Shown: positions 35,545 to 43,875 of the stretch, one piece after another
Numbering within the stretch: position 1 is the stretch's first letter
Layout of the letters: each line of letters begins with the position of its first letter
Virus record (IMG/VR): IMGVR_UViG_3300004770_000001
Location: 1-52,133 of that record
Direction: 5' to 3' (one strand)
Length of the DNA: 52,133 nucleotides
Source of the DNA: a virus
Taxonomy: Duplodnaviria; Caudoviricetes
Program-made: the position numbers and the translations under genes
The notes under the pieces: generated by a model
What the model saw: only the letters and a program-made list of their open reading frames with translations
The model's database searches: none
Told to the model about the DNA's origin: nothing

Positions 35545-37037
35545 TGAAACGCATACTAATCATATTATTCCTACTATACAGCTTTGCGGCATCAGCTCAA
35601 TATTGCGGGCCATATACAGCGCATTCCAACATCAGCGAATCGGGACATAGTTACGAAACGATACGGGGCGATTCAATAAATTGCGGAAGTTCTGCCGGGA
35701 TTTACCTTTATAACAGTCACGATATTCATATCACTAAGTGTAAATTCGTGAATGGCACAAGTAGTGCAGGTGTTGGCATTTACCTTTTAGGGTGTTATAA
35801 TATAACTATTGATAGCTGTTTTTTTAGCGGGACTGCATCCGGTTGCTATGCGCAACTTTGTACAGGTGGTATAGTATTTCAATACAATCATGACCTTAAC
35901 GAAGTTGGCCCATTACCTAGAGGGCAAATGATTCAGCTTAATACTTGCTCAGGATCAGGCAATATTATTCAGTACAACATTAGCCAGTCATTTCCGGGTG
36001 TTGGCAACTACGAAGATCACATTAACCTATATAAATCAAACGGTACATCAGGTAGTTATATAACTGTAAAATATAACACCATTTACGGCGGTGGACCGTC
36101 GACAACGGGGTCAGGAATTACGGTCGCGGATGGAGGCGGCAGTTACCAGGATATTGAATATAATACCGTAATAAATCCCGGTTACATCGGTATGCAAGCC
36201 GCTGGAGGTACTTATATCAACATCAGCAACAACACAATCTATTCAAAACAAACTACGGTATCTCATTTGGGTCTAGGATACGGAAATTATAGCGGTTCAC
36301 CATCGAATAACGTTGTGATGGGATACAACCGAATTAAATTTATAAATAGTTCAGGATCTGAAGCTGATACTGCACACCATTATTCAGCCGGGACTTATCA
36401 GGTATCAACGCCAATTAACTGGACTACAAACACCGTAAATGCTTCAATAGATAGCACCATTGTAAGTTTCCCCTTATGGGCCGCTTGTATTCTAAGCCCA
36501 GTAATAAGTTATACTGCCCCATCGGCTTTAACTTATGGATCAGCAATGGCAACTCTAACACCGACAAATACGGGCGGCATCGCAGCAAGTTTTACTATTA
36601 CACCGTCTTTGCCATCAGGTTTAAGTTTTAATACTTCTACGGGCGTTTTTAGCGGCACTCCATCGGCAGTTATTTCGGCTACATCTTATACCGTAACGGC
36701 AACAAATACGGCAGGAAGCGGAACGGCATCTGTTTCACTAACAGTAAATAAAGCGCCATTATCAATTTATGCAAATAGCCTGTCAAAAGTACAAGGAACG
36801 GCTAACCCGACTTTAACAGCAAGCTATTCAGGTTTTGTTTTGGGTGATACGCCGTCATCATTAACAACCCTGCCAACATTAAGCACAGCAGCGACCACAA
36901 GCTCACCCGTCGGCACTTATTCGATTACAGCCAGCGGAGCAGCTTCGTCAAATTATACCATTAGTTATTATTCAGGTACTCTGACTATATACAGCGCACT
37001 TTTAAAGCATCACAAGTTTAAAATCTTAACACATTAA
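35544..37037 (+). CDS. Signal-peptide protein with right-handed beta-helix, Ig-like (He_PIG) and MBG-like domains
   Basis: MKRILIILFLLYSFAASA/Q; GIYL/NI.I..N repeats; LPSGLSFNTSTGVFSGTP; KAPL...ANPTLT.SYSGFV.GD...VGTY.IT.SG...NY. Confidence 0.75.
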   Translation: MKRILIILFLLYSFAASAQYCGPYTAHSNISESGHSYETIRGDSINCGSSAGIYLYNSHDIHITKCKFVNGTSSAGVGIYLLGCYNITIDSCFFSGTASGCYAQLCTGGIVFQYNHDLNEVGPLPRGQMIQLNTCSGSGNIIQYNISQSFPGVGNYEDHINLYKSNGTSGSYITVKYNTIYGGGPSTTGSGITVADGGGSYQDIEYNTVINPGYIGMQAAGGTYINISNNTIYSKQTTVSHLGLGYGNYSGSPSNNVVMGYNRIKFINSSGSEADTAHHYSAGTYQVSTPINWTTNTVNASIDSTIVSFPLWAACILSPVISYTAPSALTYGSAMATLTPTNTGGIAASFTITPSLPSGLSFNTSTGVFSGTPSAVISATSYTVTATNTAGSGTASVSLTVNKAPLSIYANSLSKVQGTANPTLTASYSGFVLGDTPSSLTTLPTLSTAATTSSPVGTYSITASGAASSNYTISYYSGTLTIYSALLKHHKFKILTH

Positions 37038-37043
37038 CATGAC

Positions 37044-37376
37044 ATGACACAGGTTCAATCTATCGAAGCCCTAACATCAGAGGTAAAACATTTAGTAAAT
37101 ATGTTTAGCGATCACGCTAAAAAACTGGAAGAAGTTCATGTTAAAGTTTCCGAGATTCAATACGACATCAACGGAACAAACAATACTGAGGGCTTCGGTG
37201 AGCGTCTTAAAAATATTGAAAAATGGAAAGAAGAAACTCATGTCAAATTGCAGAAAGATGATGTAGAGGATAGCACTCAAAAATCAATACTTGATAGTGC
37301 ATGGTTTAAAGCAGGGATAGCAATTTCAGCAATAGCGAATATTGTAACTATCATAATGATGGTTATTAAAAAATAA
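37044..37376 (+). CDS. Coiled-coil protein with C-terminal transmembrane helix (lysis-associated, XhlA-like?)
   Basis: Heptad-like N-terminus; AGIAISAIANIVTIIMMVI tail. Confidence 0.6.
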   Translation: MTQVQSIEALTSEVKHLVNMFSDHAKKLEEVHVKVSEIQYDINGTNNTEGFGERLKNIEKWKEETHVKLQKDDVEDSTQKSILDSAWFKAGIAISAIANIVTIIMMVIKK

Positions 37377-37379
37377 AAC

Positions 37380-38525
37380 ATGCCAACACCAACCAATTTC
37401 AAGCAAGAACATATTGATGAAGCTGTAGAAATTGTAAAAGCGTTGGGTTGCTCTTTTGCGTCAGCAGCCACAACAATTTTAGACAAACATAATTTAAGTG
37501 ATTATAATCCTGTTAACTTTGCAAAGCAAGTAAGGCGGTATTATCATAAATCTGTAAGTAAGGAAAATGGGATTGAGGCAATTTGTGATCAGCAAGGAAT
37601 TGATATAAACGATGTAAATCATTATTGGTATAAAGGCCAGCATCATTCGATTCATGTTAAAAACAAGGCACCAGGCTACGACGAAATAAAGGATGATATT
37701 ATCGCAGAAATGCGAGCGCATGCACCAATATATCCGACTATTCGCAGGGATGCACCAAAAAATCCGCATTTGCTTGTAATAGATCCCGCCGATGTTCACA
37801 TCGGTAAATTGTGCAGTGCATTTGAGGTAGGCGAAGATTACGATAATCAAATAGCTATAAACCGGGTTCGGGAGGGTGTAAACGGAATATTGAGCAAATC
37901 GGCAGGATGGAATATTGATCGAGTTCTTTTTATTATTGGCAACGATATATTGCACATAGACACGCCAAAGCGGACCACTACGAGCGGAACGCCACAGGAT
38001 ACGGATGGAATGTGGTATAATAATTTTTTAATCGCTAAAAGGCTTATAATCGATATGATTGAACTATTGCGAGGCGTTGCACCGGTATCGGTTCAATATG
38101 ATCCCAGCAATCACGATTATACAAACGGTTTCTTTTTAGCTGATACCATTAGTTCGTGGTTCGCGAATTGCGAGGATGTTTCTTTTAATGTTAGTATAGC
38201 CCACCGCAAATATTTCACTTATGGTGCTAATCTAATTGGAAGCACTCACGGAGATGGAGCAAAAGCGCAAGATTTGCCGCTTTTAATGGCTCAGGAAGCC
38301 GCAGAACATTGGGCCGGGTGTAAGCATAGGTATTTTTATACTCACCACATGCACCATAAAATAAGTAAGGATTACGGCAGCGTTTGTATTGAAACATTAC
38401 GCAGTCCGAGCGGAACAGATAGCTGGCACCACCGAAACGGGTATCAGTATTCACCGAAAGCAATAGAAGGGTTTATTCACCATCCTGATTTCGGTCAGGT
38501 AGCGAGGTTGACCCACATATTTTAA
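37380..38525 (+). CDS. Calcineurin-like metallophosphoesterase
   Basis: DVHIG, GNDILH, SNHD, THGD, HHMHH motifs. Confidence 0.85.
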   Translation: MPTPTNFKQEHIDEAVEIVKALGCSFASAATTILDKHNLSDYNPVNFAKQVRRYYHKSVSKENGIEAICDQQGIDINDVNHYWYKGQHHSIHVKNKAPGYDEIKDDIIAEMRAHAPIYPTIRRDAPKNPHLLVIDPADVHIGKLCSAFEVGEDYDNQIAINRVREGVNGILSKSAGWNIDRVLFIIGNDILHIDTPKRTTTSGTPQDTDGMWYNNFLIAKRLIIDMIELLRGVAPVSVQYDPSNHDYTNGFFLADTISSWFANCEDVSFNVSIAHRKYFTYGANLIGSTHGDGAKAQDLPLLMAQEAAEHWAGCKHRYFYTHHMHHKISKDYGSVCIETLRSPSGTDSWHHRNGYQYSPKAIEGFIHHPDFGQVARLTHIF

Positions 38526-38704
38526 GGATAGGTACAATTTGTACCCGGCCTTTTTTTGAGGTGTATTATTGGCACCTCAAGTGAATTATTGCCAAAATAT
38601 AGGAACTATCGACGAGTTGTCGACAGATTGTAGACAACTAAAATATACGTTTAAGCATATAATTTCAAATAAGCATAACAAATTATATCTATTCACATAT
38701 AATC

Positions 38705-38884
38705 ATGCAAGTAACAGCCACATACACCAACCCGGACACGGGCAAAAAAGAAAAGCGAACAGTAACAGTTCCACCGGGTGCCAGCGAATCAAAAACTAAA
38801 CTGGGCGTTATTTGGGCCGTTAAATTAGTTTATGGTGATCATATTAAAGTAAGTTTTCTAAAAGATGACAATACGCAAATTTGA
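38705..38884 (+). CDS. Small hypothetical protein, 59 aa
   Basis: Manual ORF MQVTATYTNPDTGKKEKRTVTVP... Confidence 0.55.
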   Translation: MQVTATYTNPDTGKKEKRTVTVPPGASESKTKLGVIWAVKLVYGDHIKVSFLKDDNTQI

Positions 38885-39191
38885 AACCGGAAGTGTAAGG
38901 GATAGCGATGTAGATAAACCTTTAGTAAACCATGATCCGGCTTATTCCAGGCTTCGTTATGGCGTTCACATGCGTAACGGTGCTAATAAGTACGATAAAG
39001 GGAATTGGAAGCTGGGGCAACCCTCGGAGGCGGTTTTAGAAAGTTTACATCGGCATCTTGCATTTTACGAAATGGGCGACCGAACAGAAGATCATTTAAT
39101 GGCTATAAAATTCGCAGTTAATATGCTTGCACAGAATGAAGAAAAGGAAGGAATACCATTTGATTTTTTTAAGCAGCCAGCGGCAACATGA
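38865..39191 (+). CDS. dATP/dGTP diphosphohydrolase-domain protein (DUF5664-like)
   Basis: FETGSVRD, GANKY..GNW..G, SL.RHL, EDHL motifs. Confidence 0.8.
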   Translation: MTIRKFETGSVRDSDVDKPLVNHDPAYSRLRYGVHMRNGANKYDKGNWKLGQPSEAVLESLHRHLAFYEMGDRTEDHLMAIKFAVNMLAQNEEKEGIPFDFFKQPAAT

Positions 39192-39469
39192 AACACAAGG
39201 TTTTAAAATTTCAGAATGACATCTACTGTATAATTCGATACCGGACTATATTCGGCATTCCTGTCTATTTTAAAGCCAAAACATTCGATAATCAAAACGA
39301 TTTCTTAGACGACTTATATAAGCTTGTGACTAAACCAGAACCAACAATACCCGAACTAATCAAAGAAAAGGAACGACTGCAAGCCGAAATCGATCAGGTT
39401 TGCCGCAAACTCCGTGAAAAGCTTAATATCGATATGAAACAATTTACAAAAAAATATTCAATTAAATGA
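39188..39469 (+). CDS. Hypothetical protein
   Basis: ORF with ATGA overlap. Confidence 0.6.
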   Translation: MKHKVLKFQNDIYCIIRYRTIFGIPVYFKAKTFDNQNDFLDDLYKLVTKPEPTIPELIKEKERLQAEIDQVCRKLREKLNIDMKQFTKKYSIK

Positions 39470-39515
39470 AAATTTTGAAAATAAATTATTTACCTTAGTA
39501 TCACTATTGAAACAT

Positions 39516-39602
39516 GAACGGGTGCCGCAGATGGTTAGCGGACAGAGTAAACGACTGGCTTTAGTTGCTCTGTAGTCGTGGGTTCGACTCCCACCCCGTT
39601 AG
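39516..39602 (+). ncRNA. tRNA-like RNA with an elongated, bulged anticodon arm
   Basis: Acceptor AACGGG/CCCGTT, D arm CCGC-AGATGGTTA-GCGG, T arm GTGGG-TTCGACT-CCCAC; the anticodon stem CAGAG/CTCTG encloses 20 nt. Confidence 0.75.
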
Positions 39603-39619
39603 CTTATTTTAAACATTTT

Positions 39620-39988
39620 ATGGCAAATTCAAATCCTACCTTGTGGCAGCGTATTTCAAGCGAAACGCCTCCGTTTTGGTTAAAAGTTCAAAAGATATGC
39701 CTTGCTTTGGCGGCAGTTGTTTCTTACCTGGCATTGCAGAAATTGATACCCGCGGAAATAACCGACACGGTTTATAAAGTGTGTTTAGGTTGTGCTGGCC
39801 TTTCTCAGTTTGCTGTTACCGATATTGGTATGGTAAACGGCGCTGTCAACAATCCGTTATCTGCATTGTCTGATTTATCAACCATTAAATCACAAGTTGG
39901 TGCTATTCATCAGCAAGTAGTAGCTCCGGCAAAGCCTGAAACTATTGATAGTGTAATTGAAAAGGTTGCGGACATAAACGCTCAATAA
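39620..39988 (+). CDS. Putative holin
   Basis: WQRI.SETP.FW.KVQK then two hydrophobic helices; TAATG-coupled to the lysin. Confidence 0.7.
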   Translation: MANSNPTLWQRISSETPPFWLKVQKICLALAAVVSYLALQKLIPAEITDTVYKVCLGCAGLSQFAVTDIGMVNGAVNNPLSALSDLSTIKSQVGAIHQQVVAPAKPETIDSVIEKVADINAQ

Positions 39989-40623
39989 TGGCAGGTTACA
40001 TTAAAGGCGTTGATATTAGCCATCAAAACGATGGCTTTAATTTCGACCATTTAGACCCGGAAGTAAAGTTTATTTATCTGAAAGCTACTCAGGGCGCAAA
40101 GTTTCAAGATCCAGCATTTCAGGCCAACTGGAAAGCTGCAAGGGATAAAGGCTTATTGCATGGCGCCTATCACTTTTTGACAGCGACTGACAGCGTAAAT
40201 GATCAGGTAGATAATTTCCTTTCACGTGGCGTGGATTGGAGTTTGCCGAACGTATTGCCGCCGATGCTCGATGTTGAGGACCAGGTACCGGCAGCGTTAA
40301 ATGCAAACATCACCAAAAACAAACCAGCTTTTATAAAGCTCGTTACCGATTGGATTAACATCGTTGAGGCTGAAACTAAGCGCAAGGTTGTTATCTATTC
40401 CTATAAGAACTTTTTTAACGATTATTTGAATAGCCAAAGTTGGCCTAATAATCCACTTTGGCTCGCATCATATCAGCCAACACCTCCGGGATTGCCTCAC
40501 GGATGGAATGATTGGACTTTTTGGCAATATAGCCAATATGGTACAATGGCAGGAGGTGTAAAGGGTGGCAGTCTTGATCTTGATTATTTCAACGGCACCA
40601 TTGAACAACTGGCAGCACTTTAA
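39988..40623 (+). CDS. GH25 muramidase endolysin
   Basis: GVDISHQN, LKATQG, GAYHF, LDVE, LWLA.Y, FWQYS, DLD. Confidence 0.93.
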   Translation: MAGYIKGVDISHQNDGFNFDHLDPEVKFIYLKATQGAKFQDPAFQANWKAARDKGLLHGAYHFLTATDSVNDQVDNFLSRGVDWSLPNVLPPMLDVEDQVPAALNANITKNKPAFIKLVTDWINIVEAETKRKVVIYSYKNFFNDYLNSQSWPNNPLWLASYQPTPPGLPHGWNDWTFWQYSQYGTMAGGVKGGSLDLDYFNGTIEQLAAL

Positions 40624-40663
40624 AGAGTAACGAATTATCAATTAACCATAAACAAAAATCAAA

Positions 40664-41185
40664 ATGTCAATTTTCAGTTTCCTCAGTCACCTATTTTTAT
40701 CGCTTTTTAACTCGACAAAAGCGGCATGGGAAAAGCTTCCCGTTGCAACCCAAAATTCAATCCTTAACGGATCTGAAATTCTACACATTATCAATGCAGG
40801 TGTCGACGCTGATCCTGCCGCAGTTGCAGCGACAATCGAAGCGACATTCCCGACCGAAACAAACATCTATGACGGACTTGTTGCCGTTGCAAAAGGTTTC
40901 AATTTAATTGCCGACAAAGCTCCGGTTGATTTGCCTGGTGTTATTGCTCTTATTCAGGCCCACCTTAAATCTTTGGATTCGTCTACATGGCCAGCGATTA
41001 TAAGCGGTGCAGCAGGTTTACTAGGTTCAATTTTGGCGGGGAAAGAAACTCCGTTTGAAGTTGTGTTAACATTGCTTCAATGGGTTTACACTAACCTTGT
41101 AAAACCTAAAGTTGTAACCATTGCGCCGGTACCGACCGTAGTTACTGGAGTAGCAACACCGAACGCAGCCGAACCAGTATCTTAA
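40664..41185 (+). CDS. Hydrophobic hypothetical protein downstream of the lysin
   Basis: A-rich leader; amphipathic N-terminus. Confidence 0.65.
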   Translation: MSIFSFLSHLFLSLFNSTKAAWEKLPVATQNSILNGSEILHIINAGVDADPAAVAATIEATFPTETNIYDGLVAVAKGFNLIADKAPVDLPGVIALIQAHLKSLDSSTWPAIISGAAGLLGSILAGKETPFEVVLTLLQWVYTNLVKPKVVTIAPVPTVVTGVATPNAAEPVS

Positions 41186-41385
41186 ATCAATCGCATAAAC
41201 AGGCCGGAAGGGAAAATACCGACTTTTACCGTTTGGGTAATTACGGACAGAAGTACACGGCTTGTTTACTTAAATAACAAAATTGTGGAATTAATTGTCT
41301 GGATAATAGGTTTCATTATTTGCGCCTTATATGTTTGGGGTGTTGGAAAATCCATTATCGATGACTATAAACATTTTAAAAACAA

Positions 41386-41697
41386 ATGAAAAAAGTAATA
41401 TTAGCTATCGTTTTAATCTGTTCGATTTCGACCATTTTAAAAGCACAAACCAAAGCAAAGGCCGACACCTCAAAGCCAAAGTATAATTACTTTGTGACGG
41501 TGCCAATTAACGACTATCAGCAAATCGTAAACTCGCTGAACGAGTATAAAAGACTTCAGATGTACGATCCAACCGCGAAGCCGGAGCAACAAGTTCAGCT
41601 ATTCAAAGGCATCGAGGCATATTTGAAAGAATTGCCTAACCGGGTTAAATTGGATAGTGTGTTGGCAAAGGGATCATCAATAGAAGGGGCTAAATAA
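41386..41697 (+). CDS. Secreted hypothetical protein
   Basis: MKKVILAIVLICSISTILKA/Q signal peptide. Confidence 0.7.
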   Translation: MKKVILAIVLICSISTILKAQTKAKADTSKPKYNYFVTVPINDYQQIVNSLNEYKRLQMYDPTAKPEQQVQLFKGIEAYLKELPNRVKLDSVLAKGSSIEGAK

Positions 41698-42035
41698 TGG
41701 AAAACATACGGCTTACGTCCAATGACGGTATTATTTGCGATAATCCTAACTGTGATTATAAAGACCCATCGGTGCAACTGGATGACGTAGGATTATGGCT
41801 AAATAAACCTTGCCCTAAATGCGGTGAAAACCTTTTAACTCAGGAAGATTACGATAACTTTAAAAAGGTTATTGCAATGGTTAAAATGTTAAATGCACTT
41901 ACACCGGAAGAATTAGCATTGCTTGGTAACACCGTTTACGATGGGAGCGAAATATCGGATAAAACTCCGGTTGTATTTAACGTCGGCACACACAAGGAAA
42001 TTTCATTGGAATTAGTTGAGGATAAAAAACCATGA
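41697..42035 (+). CDS. Zn-ribbon hypothetical protein
   Basis: CDNPNC...CPKC. Confidence 0.7.
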   Translation: MENIRLTSNDGIICDNPNCDYKDPSVQLDDVGLWLNKPCPKCGENLLTQEDYDNFKKVIAMVKMLNALTPEELALLGNTVYDGSEISDKTPVVFNVGTHKEISLELVEDKKP

Positions 42036-42601
42036 AAAAACTAATCTTCATTTTTTTTTCGCTTCTTGCTTCATGCGGTCAGGCTGCATTAGCCCAGCAA
42101 CAGGTCATTAAATATCCTGGTTATGTAAGCTATTGGAATCCGAAAACATTAATTCCTGACAGCGTTATCTGGACGGCTGCCCCTCATAAAAAAGTAGTTG
42201 GCAGGGCGGCTGGATTTCACGCGACCGGAGGCCGACCGAATTTATCAAAGGATTATGCTAAATCGGGTTATGACATAGGCCATAATTGCGACGCTTCGGA
42301 TGAAAATTCAAATAAAACCGACGAGTATAATTCATTCGATTTCTGTAATACATTCCCTCAGCGGCCCAACAATAACAGGCTTGTTTGGCTACAGCTTGAA
42401 AACTACACACGATCATTAAATCAACCTGTAAAAGTTAAAGTTTACTGGCAGGGGGTCAGCGGATATTTAAAACCGGATAATGTAGCAATCCCGACTTATA
42501 CTATTAAGGAATTACGCTACGCTGGAAAGTTTGAAAAGTACATAGTTCCGAATAACGATACCGTTTCACGGCACCCATTCACATATTATAAAGCGAAGTA
42601 G
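42032..42601 (+). CDS. Exported DNA/RNA non-specific endonuclease (NucA/Serratia-type)
   Basis: DY..SGYDIGH, N.FPQ...NR..W..LE...R; signal peptide with LASC lipobox or ALA/Q site. Confidence 0.85.
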   Translation: MKKLIFIFFSLLASCGQAALAQQQVIKYPGYVSYWNPKTLIPDSVIWTAAPHKKVVGRAAGFHATGGRPNLSKDYAKSGYDIGHNCDASDENSNKTDEYNSFDFCNTFPQRPNNNRLVWLQLENYTRSLNQPVKVKVYWQGVSGYLKPDNVAIPTYTIKELRYAGKFEKYIVPNNDTVSRHPFTYYKAK

Positions 42602-42630
42602 TTTTTTTCATAAATCAGTTTTTGTTTAGC

Positions 42631-42662
42631 AAAGCCGGTGACGCGAGGTTTCCGGCTTTTTT
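42631..42662. terminator. Terminator between the convergent late operon and integrase
   Basis: AAAGCCGG...CCGGCTTT followed by a T run. Confidence 0.7.
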
Positions 42663-42663
42663 G

Positions 42664-43848
42664 TTAAAACTCCAAAACACTACCCTTCATCAAATGACTG
42701 TTATCTATCACTAAATCCCGTTTATAAATTTCAAAGGCTTTTTGTGTTTTGTGACCTGAAAGAACCATTATTTCTTTATCGGTAAACCCTGCGTTTATCA
42801 TGTCACAGATTGCGGTACTTTTCCAACTATAAGGGCCGTAATCGTCGCTAATGTTGAGATTATTCAACAAAGCCCGGTATTTATTCAGGAAGTAGTCAAC
42901 ACTCATTCTATGGGCTGAAACTTTGCCAGCTTCACCAAAAACATAATCCCCAGGCAATGCAGTTTTACACCTTTTGCGGACCAAAGAAAGTAACTGATCA
43001 GAGATAGGTATTAGCCGATCACCTGTTTTGCCAATTATCCTTATATGCCGGGATTGTTCGTCGATATCTTGAACTTTCAAAGCCCTGATTTCTGCCGGAC
43101 GCATAAGGGATAAATATATCCATTCGATATACTCTTTTAGGTTAACGTCACCTTTCCGCAATGCCTCTTTTATTTTATTTGCGAGTACCGGCGTATATGG
43201 TTTATTCTTTTGTGACTTTGTGATTTTTAGATCCACATTATCAATATCAAAAGTGTAAACTACCCCCCGATGAATTGCTTTCTCTAATTTGTGACAACGA
43301 TTGAAAAACCCTGCATAAAATTTCAGGTAGTTGTTGAAAGTCCGGGCCGACCATTTATGACCATTGCTGTTCAAAAACTTTTGCACCTGGTATTCTGTGA
43401 AGTCTTTCGCCGGGGTATATCCTAAATTATTTGCTTTGATCCATTCAATAAAATCAGCTAAATAATTATTGTAGGTATGAATTGTGCGAGGCGAATAGTT
43501 CTGATTTGCCGTAAAAGTTTTAAACCTGATAATAGCTTCCGTTATGGACCAGAATTTTACTTTCTTTTCTTTTATCTCAGCTTCGGCTTTTTCGATATAT
43601 TGGATTATTCGTTTTTCCTTATCAAACGGACTATTACCTGCCTTCAGCCATCGCAATACATCGCTACAAAGTTCGGCGGCGGCACGTTCTTTTTCGGCGG
43701 CTTCCTTTATATAGTTTATTCCTGATCGTGTCTTAAAAGCTTTGAATTTGCCTGTTAAATTATTGAAGTAATAGAACTGCACAAACCAATCACCGTTTTT
43801 GCATCGAACTATTTTAGGTGATTTATATGGTAATCTGTAACGGCCCAT
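42664..43848 (-). CDS. int: Tyrosine recombinase (phage integrase)
   Basis: MRPAEI..L, GKTG, YSWK, SGHKT, F..Y; start moved to ATG 43848 because the upstream in-frame stretch contains attP. Confidence 0.9.
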   Translation of the reverse strand: MGRYRLPYKSPKIVRCKNGDWFVQFYYFNNLTGKFKAFKTRSGINYIKEAAEKERAAAELCSDVLRWLKAGNSPFDKEKRIIQYIEKAEAEIKEKKVKFWSITEAIIRFKTFTANQNYSPRTIHTYNNYLADFIEWIKANNLGYTPAKDFTEYQVQKFLNSNGHKWSARTFNNYLKFYAGFFNRCHKLEKAIHRGVVYTFDIDNVDLKITKSQKNKPYTPVLANKIKEALRKGDVNLKEYIEWIYLSLMRPAEIRALKVQDIDEQSRHIRIIGKTGDRLIPISDQLLSLVRKRCKTALPGDYVFGEAGKVSAHRMSVDYFLNKYRALLNNLNISDDYGPYSWKSTAICDMINAGFTDKEIMVLSGHKTQKAFEIYKRDLVIDNSHLMKGSVLEF

Positions 43849-43875
43849 TAATTGATTCCGAAAGTCTTTAAAACT

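Noticed and set aside
28449-37037. Diversity-generating retroelement or invertible fibre cassette
   Set aside because: No reverse transcriptase, adenine-specific TR/VR pair or invertase with flanking inverted repeats was seen
38650-38680. dif/Xer site
   Set aside because: It does not match the TTATGTTAAAT XerD arm with 6-bp spacer geometry
38569-38799. 76-aa ORF from the track
   Set aside because: TTG start running through palindromic intergenic DNA; the ORF at 38705-38884 in another frame is more gene-like
39578-39619. GTG-start extension of the holin
   Set aside because: It overlaps the T arm of the tRNA-like RNA; ATG 39620 has a normal AT-rich leader
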